Virus record (IMG/VR): IMGVR_UViG_3300038620_000086
Location: 1 to 64,000 of that record
Direction: 5' to 3' (one strand)
DNA: 64,000 nucleotides
Origin: a virus
Part shown: piece after piece, positions 56,372 to 64,000 of the stretch
Layout of the letters: every line of letters begins with the position of its first letter
Numbering within the stretch: the stretch's first letter is position 1
Made by a program: the position numbers and the translations under genes
Notes under the pieces: model-generated
Seen by the model: only the letters and a program-made list of their open reading frames with translations
The model's database searches: none
What the model was told of the DNA's origin: nothing

Positions 56372-59300
56372 TTATACTTGGGTTTGCAGGGACAGAGTTC
56401 TTGTCCGTTGTCGTAAGAAGTTAAGGATGATGTGATCTGCCGGAATTGCTGGATCAAGGTCGATTTGTACGTTAAGAATTCCCCGATCAAGGTCTTCTGG
56501 CGGGTTGTTTCTTCGATCAGCAACCGTAGGTCGGAATCCAGTAATCCATCCTTGAGATTTAAGGTATTCCAGCCTAGTATCAACAATTCCCGCTACTCTC
56601 CTCATCAGATCATCTGTTAAAGGCTGTGACCTAACAAAAGCAAGCCTCTGAGAGAGATCCATCATGATCTGGTCGTAGACTCTCACAACGGAGACGTATT
56701 GACCCTCAATGTCAGTTGAAGTAGTCTGACCATTTAGGAATCTAAGGCGCTGCGATGAACGGTCAAAATAGATTCCCTCAATGCCATTGCGAGTTAGAGC
56801 ATCTAGATACTCTTTTTCGGAAGGAATATTAGTTGTTGTTGGACCGTTAATGGCGTCGGATCGACTAAGAGCAGCAGGACTGATATGTGGGGATCTCGAA
56901 TTTACCCATCCTAGGTAAAACCCAATACCTTCTACATTGTTAAACCCGAGCGAAGGGCGACGACCGTATGTAACATAGCCAGCAAGGAGTCGAACCCGCT
57001 CATTATTGAGAGAGCTAGGAACAATTGACTTCACCCTAGAAAGAGGTAACCGTTTGGGAAGCTGAAGAACTGCTTGTCGGTAGCCATTGAAACTATCAGA
57101 ACGATTAGCTTGCTCGATTAACTCTGCAATTACAGGGTTGTCTGTCGTTCCTCGGAATGGATAGTCTGGGGTACTTATAGTAACTAGGTCATAGGACTCT
57201 AGCCTTTTAACCGCTTCGACATAGTCGCTATCGCTGGGTTCGTTACCTTCTGATCCTTCTGATCCACCGGTCAGCTTAACGTCAGTTACAAAGTCAGATC
57301 CGACGGCGAGAGTGCTTACAGAAGGAGTCTCTGATGCCTGGTTGATAGTGTTGACCTGACTTAGAAAGGTTCCTAAGTTAGGACCAGAACGAATTGGGTA
57401 AGAAGACGCCATATCATTCTGTAACTTTTTACCAGCTTGGTAAAACTTAGGAAGATAGTAGGCTCTAACTAGCTTCGAGGGACGAGAACCAGGGTAGATC
57501 CCGTTGCTAGTCGTAAGAGCGTTCTCATTAGAAAGGTTTAGACGCTCAACTAATGGTTCATCTAAATACTCCTCAGCATCACGGTCAACCACGATTAAAT
57601 CGAACAGACCAGCCCGACCATTAATAATGCTAACCTCTATATCAGTCTTTCCAGGGCTAATAGCACGGACTAGAACTAATGGGTCGCCGGACTCTGAATA
57701 AAGAACCGTTTCTGCTCTATCCGGACCTTTTTTAGCCTTATCAAAGGTGAGGTTTTCAGAGTTTACCGTTTGTACTAGAACGTAATCGTTATCTACAGTA
57801 TCCCAATCTTCAGGAATAGTGTCGTCACCAATGTCGGATCCAGGAACAGCATCGTCCGGATAGCCCCAAACTTCATCTCCACTACCATCAGTAGGGGGAT
57901 TTTCTGTATCTTTAGGATTCTCTGATGTGTCAACTAACGACTTGTCACCTGTTAGGGCGACTTTAATAACCATATTGTTAGCGCCGTCTCCAGTAGCCCG
58001 AGTCTCAAACGTAGCGTCTACGAGAGTACGATCTTGGCTAACATCATAGGTTTCCTCTACAGAGAAGTCGGTAAAGATGTCTTGGCTAGACTCTTTAGAG
58101 TTTAGCTGGTCGAACAGTTGATTAATAACCTCTTTATAAGGAGTTCCTGGGGAAAGTGCTTCGACATTGCTGCCCGAGAGGAAAGATTTGCCAACATACA
58201 CCATCGCTTGATCAATCCGAACTGCGAACTTAGAAGGAATATAGGAGTTGCGAATTGACCGATCATAAGTCTCTCCGGACTCGTCCATCATTTTTAACTG
58301 GGCTGGAGTGAATCCGGCATCTCCACCAGAGATCTCACTATCTGGTCTAAACAAAAAGCTAACCAATCTAATTGGCTTTTGTAGACTTAATTGGATTGGT
58401 CTTGACAAGTCATAGTAGATAAAGAAGTTATAGATGTCAACGCCATTCCAAGTATTTGTAGAGGTGTCAAAAATCACAAATCCATCAACTCGGTCAGAGT
58501 TGTAAGAGGGGAACATCCCTGTAATATAAGATCCCTCAGAATCGTCCTTTTTAGGGAAACTAGCTGTTGTCAAATTATCCCAGCTATAAGAGAATACATA
58601 TTTATCTTCTGTGGGGGACTTAATAGATACTTCACTGGAAGCAGCATCAATCCAATCAGCCGATATGTCAATAGTCCCTGTTCCTACAGTAATCTGAATA
58701 GCAAATCGGTATCTTACTTCCTCGATTCCACTAAGCTCGTTAAAGTATTCTTCCGCTGGGGACATAACAGTAGCTTCGCTCTCAAAAGCGCTAGAGCTAC
58801 CGAACTCATCACCATCTAGGGTAAGACTAACCCCAGGATGGATATTCTCAATAGCATCATCATTATTCGTCTCTGCAATCAGAGTAACTCTGTCTCCTTG
58901 TTGAAGATTACCAGCATTGCTAGAACCTAATAGCTTGTTCCCGTTAGGCAATGCAGGGTTATAGATCTGAAGATGGTCTAGAGATCCCACATCAACTGCC
59001 GAACTACTTCCTTGAAGGAACAGTTCAGACCGAAGATTGAGGGTTCCTTGTCCCTCTAAATGAGTCTCAAAATTCTCCGAACCAAACGGTGCAGAACCAC
59101 TACGGTCGCTATTTAAGTCCTCCTTTCTAACGGAGATATTAGAGGTACTCGGAGTAAGTTTAGCAACATTGGAGACATATTCAGTAAGAAGAGTGATACC
59201 TTGAGTAGCTACATCTCCAGTTGCATCAACATACGACTGCTGAGGAGTTCCTGCCGTTACAAGGCGAAATCCAACATTTGCTGGAGTGTCACTAGCAATA

Positions 59301-59548
59301 GCTCTAGAAACTACAAAGTCTCCTAAACCATTGTCTAAAGCAGCTCGAATGGCTACTGCACTAGCTTTGTCGTCATCGCCAAAGAAGTTGGCTAAATCGC
59401 TGGCACTTCTAACCCTGGCAACAGGGGGACCTTTTCTAAATTTTCCAGCTATTCCGGTTCCAGTCCTCCAGGGTTTCTGGGGACGGGTTGCCGTTGTAGT
59501 TGTTTCAGTTGTCGTAACTGATGGAAAGGCGTTGCGTTGTCTTTGCAT
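56372..59548 (-). CDS. Contractile tail sheath protein (1058 aa, large insertion)
   Basis: N-terminal GIAGKFRKGP..RVRS...L...FG; C-terminal YVSVVRVYDQI...NNPPEDLDRGILNVQIDLDPAIPADHIILNF. Confidence 0.9.
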   Translation of the reverse strand: MQRQRNAFPSVTTTETTTTATRPQKPWRTGTGIAGKFRKGPPVARVRSASDLANFFGDDDKASAVAIRAALDNGLGDFVVSRAIASDTPANVGFRLVTAGTPQQSYVDATGDVATQGITLLTEYVSNVAKLTPSTSNISVRKEDLNSDRSGSAPFGSENFETHLEGQGTLNLRSELFLQGSSSAVDVGSLDHLQIYNPALPNGNKLLGSSNAGNLQQGDRVTLIAETNNDDAIENIHPGVSLTLDGDEFGSSSAFESEATVMSPAEEYFNELSGIEEVRYRFAIQITVGTGTIDISADWIDAASSEVSIKSPTEDKYVFSYSWDNLTTASFPKKDDSEGSYITGMFPSYNSDRVDGFVIFDTSTNTWNGVDIYNFFIYYDLSRPIQLSLQKPIRLVSFLFRPDSEISGGDAGFTPAQLKMMDESGETYDRSIRNSYIPSKFAVRIDQAMVYVGKSFLSGSNVEALSPGTPYKEVINQLFDQLNSKESSQDIFTDFSVEETYDVSQDRTLVDATFETRATGDGANNMVIKVALTGDKSLVDTSENPKDTENPPTDGSGDEVWGYPDDAVPGSDIGDDTIPEDWDTVDNDYVLVQTVNSENLTFDKAKKGPDRAETVLYSESGDPLVLVRAISPGKTDIEVSIINGRAGLFDLIVVDRDAEEYLDEPLVERLNLSNENALTTSNGIYPGSRPSKLVRAYYLPKFYQAGKKLQNDMASSYPIRSGPNLGTFLSQVNTINQASETPSVSTLAVGSDFVTDVKLTGGSEGSEGNEPSDSDYVEAVKRLESYDLVTISTPDYPFRGTTDNPVIAELIEQANRSDSFNGYRQAVLQLPKRLPLSRVKSIVPSSLNNERVRLLAGYVTYGRRPSLGFNNVEGIGFYLGWVNSRSPHISPAALSRSDAINGPTTTNIPSEKEYLDALTRNGIEGIYFDRSSQRLRFLNGQTTSTDIEGQYVSVVRVYDQIMMDLSQRLAFVRSQPLTDDLMRRVAGIVDTRLEYLKSQGWITGFRPTVADRRNNPPEDLDRGILNVQIDLDPAIPADHIILNFLRQRTRTLSLQTQV

Positions 59549-59582
59549 AAAGCTTATTCCCTCTCTCCTTTTTCTTTTTTAT

Positions 59583-60779
59583 CTATTTGTCGTTGTTGTC
59601 GTGAGTCAAATTTAATTCCGCAATAGACTTTCCCTTAACAACAATGGGATCGACTATCCGTTCTTGGTTAGGAAAGTAGTCAATGTTATAAGGTGAGTAA
59701 TGAGTGTTATCTACTCTTATGTTGGTTATCCCCGAAACTTTTGAAGTAGATGGTGAGTATGGGGTTGTTGGATCCTCATCTAGGGTTGGTTCTGGTTTAG
59801 ATTGTGGTTCCGACCCTAAATAAAGGTTAGGGTCAAATGAAGGAAGTGGATAAGATTTGTCGAACGGTTCGTCAAATCGATTAGGATTAGAAACATCTGA
59901 CCAGTTACCCGGTAGCATGGAGAGAGAATTAAGATGATCCTTAAACTCAGTTGCTACGGTAGAAATCTTGTAGGGATTTGTCTCTTGAGACTGGTTAACC
60001 TCTTCTGCCCAACCTGGAGCGAGATAATTTGGATCCTTAGCATGGACTGTCTCGTAGACACTTATAGAAAGGGTTATATAACTCGTATGGAAGACAATGT
60101 TCTGAGAGTTTTTAAGCCAACTTGAGGAAGGGTAGTCTACTGCTTCTACATTGATTTGCTTAATTCCGAAAGGCTTTAAGGTTCCAATTTCTCTTAGAAC
60201 TGATCGAACTAGATAAGTATAATCTCGAATAACTTCCTCTCCAGGAGAAATTGTTAGATCTAGAGTTTCTGTTCCAAATTCCCATTTATCTGATACTTTG
60301 TCCTTGCCATCGATTGGCGTTGAAAAACTCTCGCCGTAGGTGTTAAACAGGTCTGAAAGGCTGTCAATGTCTTTTTTCCCATAGGTAACAGACTGAGAGA
60401 CGTTGAAGTTAGGATCTCGGTAATAGATTTGAACAACGAACCGGAGTTCTCCTCGATCAAAGTAAGAAAAATTATCAGGTCTTCCTAGCGTGTGTTGTTG
60501 GTACCCAGCGAACTGAGATCCACTGCTACTAGAAGGATTGTCGCCGCTAGAATCGTAGCTACTGAACATTGGGTAAACAGCGATCGTTAAACCAGGATCA
60601 ATAAGTTCTAACCCGCCAAATGTCCGAAGCTTGGATACAAATACCTGTTGGGGAGACTGACCTTCTCGTAGAACTGGATAGAAAACGGGCGGGTTTTTTA
60701 TTGCCGGGTGGAGACCAATAGCACCAACTAGCCCGAGGATAATTTGTCTATCTGTTGCGCCTCTTACTGTTTTCGCCAT
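59583..60779 (-). CDS. Putative neck / tail-completion protein (398 aa)
   Basis: Position immediately upstream of the sheath gene; no strong motif. Confidence 0.45.
   Translation of the reverse strand: MAKTVRGATDRQIILGLVGAIGLHPAIKNPPVFYPVLREGQSPQQVFVSKLRTFGGLELIDPGLTIAVYPMFSSYDSSGDNPSSSSGSQFAGYQQHTLGRPDNFSYFDRGELRFVVQIYYRDPNFNVSQSVTYGKKDIDSLSDLFNTYGESFSTPIDGKDKVSDKWEFGTETLDLTISPGEEVIRDYTYLVRSVLREIGTLKPFGIKQINVEAVDYPSSSWLKNSQNIVFHTSYITLSISVYETVHAKDPNYLAPGWAEEVNQSQETNPYKISTVATEFKDHLNSLSMLPGNWSDVSNPNRFDEPFDKSYPLPSFDPNLYLGSEPQSKPEPTLDEDPTTPYSPSTSKVSGITNIRVDNTHYSPYNIDYFPNQERIVDPIVVKGKSIAELNLTHDNNDK
59854..59878. repeat. Palindrome copy 3 (GATTTGTCGAAC-G-GTTCGTCAAATC; 1 mismatch to the 17-bp core)
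   Basis: Core 59858..59874 TGTCGAACGGTTCGTCA; the dyad extends to 25 bp with one mismatch. Confidence 0.5.
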
Positions 60780-60781
60780 AG

Positions 60782-62338
60782 CTACTTGAAATCGAATGGA
60801 TGAACTGGTTGTTCCATCAATCTAGTTTCATCTTTAATGTCGTCCAAAACTTTAGACCTAGGAAATTTAACAACCCCTACCGACCGATTGGCAGATTTAA
60901 GCTCCTCCGAATTTAGAGGGAAGTTATTGTCATACGTTGTTTTTATCCTCAAAGACTTCGGCTTAGAAGAGAAGCGAGTTAAAGGTCTTTTTGTATCACC
61001 TAATGCAACTTCTAAATCCTCTGGAACTGATAAAATATCTAGGACAATATACTGCTCTGGGTTGGTTGTGCTAAAGGCTATTAATTTGAAGGCTGCAACT
61101 GGATTATCAAGATCAGACCCGTCATTTCTAATAATCGCTCCGAGGGAACGAGTCTCCCCCTGAATGGAGCTTAATTCATTGATCATTGCTAAAGCAGCGG
61201 CACCAGGTCTGTCTTCTGGATCTAGATCATCGGGGATATAAACAGTTCTAACCTGTTCATCTGTAGGATTGATTCGGAACTTGATCTTATTACTGGAGCA
61301 GACAACGTCCTTACTCCGGAAATAAATAGAGTTCTGAGCTGAATCCTCTTGGGAATCTAACTGGGAAACCTTTGAGCCAGTTGTATCGCCGGTGAGGATT
61401 ATAACAGTGCTATTTAAGTAATAGTAGGTTAACTGGCTCGACTTAATTCCCCAACGGAAAGGAACCTGCTCAATAGTCCTCCCCTCAAACTCGTCAAAGA
61501 AATCAAACCGAATAGATATAACCTCCGACTGAATGCCTTGGAAGTTATACCGAACATAAAAGTCAATGGTATGAGTTCCTGCCGGTCCTGATAAAACAGG
61601 AGAAGCAACTAGATTTGCAGTGTTGTCCTCTAAAGTAAGCTCGTTAATTGTATCTGCGATATCGGATACGATCGCTGCCGTCGATACTGATTCCTCATAG
61701 GTAGCTACGGTTTGCCAACCAAGCCCACTATTGGTCAGAGAAGGGATATAAATAGAGCAAGTTAGCTGATCACCTTCTCTAATATCTACCTCTTGTCTAG
61801 AAAAGAAGAAGGTAGAGTTAAATTCCTGTGAAGGCTCTTCTACCTCTTTTTTCTTGACAGACTCTGGAATTGATATAATCCTTTCTAAATCCTCCAGAGC
61901 CTGCTTTTTAATAGAGTTAGAATGTTGAAACTGTTCAGGAATTTGAGAAAGTTGACCGGTTAGTATAGAGGCAGTTAGAGCGATTGAAACTCGCCTAACA
62001 CCATCACTGAGGAAATCCTCGTTCTCTGACCCCTCTACCGAGTCCAAGCCATACAGAATGTTTTTAATTGCCTCTTCGGAAGGAAACATGGGGTTTCCTT
62101 CCTCATCATCAGCAGCCGCTAGAACAAGAGCAATGTGTGGATCGGAGTGGATCGTAGCAGTTTGATAAATCTCCCACGTCGATTTCTGCTCTAGTAGAGC
62201 AGAATAGCGCCTCACTTCCCTAGCATAGGTAGCAAGGCGATTGCTGAGATTTTCGAGTTCAGAGTCAACAGGGTTGGGTGTGTTATCAATGTAATCAGCT
62301 AGTTCCTGATTGTCAAAGATAAACCGATCATTAAACAT
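60782..62338 (-). CDS. Putative head-tail adaptor with C-terminal extension (518 aa)
   Basis: Helical N-terminus (DGVRRVSIALTASIL...QALEDLERI) is reminiscent of Mu gp36-type adaptors; lies between capsid and sheath genes. Confidence 0.4.
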   Translation of the reverse strand: MFNDRFIFDNQELADYIDNTPNPVDSELENLSNRLATYAREVRRYSALLEQKSTWEIYQTATIHSDPHIALVLAAADDEEGNPMFPSEEAIKNILYGLDSVEGSENEDFLSDGVRRVSIALTASILTGQLSQIPEQFQHSNSIKKQALEDLERIISIPESVKKKEVEEPSQEFNSTFFFSRQEVDIREGDQLTCSIYIPSLTNSGLGWQTVATYEESVSTAAIVSDIADTINELTLEDNTANLVASPVLSGPAGTHTIDFYVRYNFQGIQSEVISIRFDFFDEFEGRTIEQVPFRWGIKSSQLTYYYLNSTVIILTGDTTGSKVSQLDSQEDSAQNSIYFRSKDVVCSSNKIKFRINPTDEQVRTVYIPDDLDPEDRPGAAALAMINELSSIQGETRSLGAIIRNDGSDLDNPVAAFKLIAFSTTNPEQYIVLDILSVPEDLEVALGDTKRPLTRFSSKPKSLRIKTTYDNNFPLNSEELKSANRSVGVVKFPRSKVLDDIKDETRLMEQPVHPFDFK

Positions 62339-62903
62339 CGTGTTCGCTTAAAATACGGTCACATTCTTCTACAACTGCCTTATAGTTATAGAACTTAAGT
62401 TTGGTGGCTTTAATCAACTCTTTAGGAATAGGGACTTGGTTCTCAAGGTCTAAAACATAGCTTTTTACTGTTGCCCAATGGGTACCTTCTGAGTAGGGAA
62501 CGTTTGGTAGAGATAGTTTTCCTAGTTTCTCTTCTAAAGAGAGTTGGTCGTCCTGAGCAACCTCATCCACAGATACTTGAGGTTGATCTTCAGATTCCTC
62601 ACTCGCGGTCTGATCTTCTTCAAGATGAGCGCTAAAAGAAGGTTGGTCTCCTTCTTCCTCAGAGCTGGAGACCTCTTTTTCTCCCTCTTCCTCAGAGCTG
62701 GAGACCTCTTTTTCTTTTTCTTTTTTAGAAGGTTGGCTTTCTTCAACGTAGCCAATAACCTTAAACTTATCTTGATAAATCCCTCTGGTTAAGCGTCTTC
62801 TCTCTCCATCGCCAACGACAATCTGATCATTGGGGCGAAGACGCCTAACTTGACCATTGTAAGAAACACGGCAGGGCTTTCTAACTTTCAACCGATATGG
62901 CAT
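62331..62903 (-). CDS. Hypothetical capsid-adjacent protein (190 aa) with acidic low-complexity linker
   Basis: Strong SD (TAGGAGG); basic N-terminus; duplicated EKEVSSSEEEG. Confidence 0.65.
   Translation of the reverse strand: MPYRLKVRKPCRVSYNGQVRRLRPNDQIVVGDGERRRLTRGIYQDKFKVIGYVEESQPSKKEKEKEVSSSEEEGEKEVSSSEEEGDQPSFSAHLEEDQTASEESEDQPQVSVDEVAQDDQLSLEEKLGKLSLPNVPYSEGTHWATVKSYVLDLENQVPIPKELIKATKLKFYNYKAVVEECDRILSEHDV
62653..62715. repeat. Tandem duplication, 33-bp period (30 bp identical)
   Basis: tcttcctcagagctggagacctctttttct at 62653 and 62686. Confidence 0.9.
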
Positions 62904-62911
62904 ATTACCTC

Positions 62912-63820
62912 CTAAATGGATAGTCGAGTTCGGCTATAGCGCTGATCGACTTTTACAGCTTCGGTACTACTACTATCAAAGCTTCCTCCGGTTATTGCAA
63001 CGTCGAAGTGGATCTCAGCTAGGAACAAAGTAGCACTTTCTCGGAGGTAAGCTTGAGATTTTCCAGAGACGTATGGAGGGCTAACGGACTTATGGAAGAC
63101 CTTTTTCTCTGGAACCCGACCAATGACCATATCTTCAGGGTTAACATTAGATAGAGAATTACTGTCACTGGTCGTCAAAGTATCGGAGTCTCCACTCCTA
63201 ATATCTGACTCTTTGACAGCATTGAACGGAAGGTTATTGTGACCCCAATCTTTTCCTTCTACTGGAGACTCAAATACAATGTCATTGCTGAACTTAACCC
63301 AGTCGCCGTTCCTCTTCTTATAGAAATCCCGGACAACAAGATATTCATCAAATTGGCTGTGAGGCATAACACGCACTACCTTGTCTCCCTCACTATAACC
63401 ACTTGCTGAAGGCAGCTCTTGAACGACAGGAACTTCTCGGCGGGGGTTAATGAAGACAGGAACAATTAGCCGGTAGTTATCATCCCCGCTTTCTCCAAGA
63501 GATAAGTCGTTGAACTCACTAGGAAGAGGGATTAGTACCTTATTGTCTGCTCCACTAAATTCAAAGACGTGGTTGATCCAACCATCTAACTTGATATCCC
63601 CTTCACTAAGTTCAAAGGCTACATAGGAATAGGCAGGATTACCGGAGCTGACGGAATCCTTCTCTACAAGTTCGGGGTTAGAGATACGGCAGCCGTTAAC
63701 AACGCCGCTAACCGGATAGAAAGATAGACCCCCTCTTTGAGCTGTTGGAAAGAGATGGTAAGAGAGGCGAAGCCCCTCAGCGGGTTTAGTTTGAAAGTGT
63801 ACTCGTTGATCTTCTGGCAT
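62912..63820 (-). CDS. Hypothetical, probably abundant virion protein (302 aa; possible capsid decoration)
   Basis: Perfect SD TAAGGAGG 4 nt upstream of the ATG; directly follows the putative capsid gene. Confidence 0.6.
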   Translation of the reverse strand: MPEDQRVHFQTKPAEGLRLSYHLFPTAQRGGLSFYPVSGVVNGCRISNPELVEKDSVSSGNPAYSYVAFELSEGDIKLDGWINHVFEFSGADNKVLIPLPSEFNDLSLGESGDDNYRLIVPVFINPRREVPVVQELPSASGYSEGDKVVRVMPHSQFDEYLVVRDFYKKRNGDWVKFSNDIVFESPVEGKDWGHNNLPFNAVKESDIRSGDSDTLTTSDSNSLSNVNPEDMVIGRVPEKKVFHKSVSPPYVSGKSQAYLRESATLFLAEIHFDVAITGGSFDSSSTEAVKVDQRYSRTRLSI

Positions 63821-63845
63821 GAAACCTCCTTAGTATTTACCAGTT

Positions 63846-64000
63846 TTAGAATGTACCGTAGCTTAGGTCTTGGGATAGGATTAAGTTATTATCGATCTCG
63901 CCTTCATAAGCAACATCAATGAGAGAAATCCAGTGCGGATACTTAGCAAAAGGTAAGAAAGCATCACCCATTTGAATAGTCCTTCCCGGAGGGCTTGGAG
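63846..64000 (-). CDS. C-terminal 50 aa of a probable major capsid protein (lambda E / HK97-fold type); 5' part outside window
   Basis: Hand translation PSPPGRTIQMGDAFLPFAKYPHWISLIDV...TF* resembles the capsid C-terminal pattern P.GR......(S/A).LP....P..I....V; the position ahead of head/neck genes fits. Confidence 0.5.
   Translation of the reverse strand, partial: PSPPGRTIQMGDAFLPFAKYPHWISLIDVAYEGEIDNNLILSQDLSYGTF

Noticed and set aside
45424-59548. Extracellular contractile injection system, tailocin or T6SS-like locus of a cyanobacterial chromosome
   Set aside because: An intact terminase large subunit, a probable capsid gene and a giant tape measure indicate a DNA-packaging phage; no Afp15-type ATPase was seen.
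62653-62715. 33-bp tandem duplication as a regulatory or CRISPR-like repeat, and its partial similarity (agagctgg) to the 15075 hairpin arm
   Set aside because: It is an in-frame duplication within a low-complexity acidic linker; the 8-nt similarity is expected by chance.
1-64000. Stop-codon reassignment, introns or inteins, CRISPR arrays, tRNAs
   Set aside because: Standard-code ORFs tile the window with minimal gaps; TerL has normal length with no intein motifs; there is no repeat-spacer array and little intergenic room for RNA genes.

Overview
The whole 64 kb is one tightly packed, minus-strand virion morphogenesis region of a large contractile-tailed (myovirus-type) phage or phage-plasmid. 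The host is most likely a cyanobacterium: HIP1 octamers are enriched, phycobiliprotein genes are present and one fibre is of the cyanomyovirus type. In transcription order (64000 to 1) it encodes the C-terminus of a probable major capsid protein, head/neck proteins, tail sheath, tail tube, baseplate hub, spike-like, gp25-like, J-like and wedge proteins, and several very large fibre and beta-propeller proteins (up to 4129 aa). After these come an HhH protein, a diverged phycocyanin beta/alpha (cpcB/cpcA-like) gene pair, a GTA-type head-spike-base-like protein and the terminase large subunit. The last gene is a >3856-aa tape-measure-like ORF that is missing from the ORF track because it runs off the window edge; it carries a PLD-like N-terminus and tandem lambda-type lysozyme, CE4 deacetylase and Amidase_3 domains. 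The most striking feature is the phage-borne phycobiliprotein pair, which keeps its bilin-attachment cysteines and sits among structural genes; the alpha subunit carries a ~400-aa insertion of two KCxRD-type repeats. A dispersed 17-bp palindrome (3 copies) and a strand-specific RNA hairpin upstream of the terminase unit were also seen. All family assignments come from motif recognition by eye; no database searches were run.
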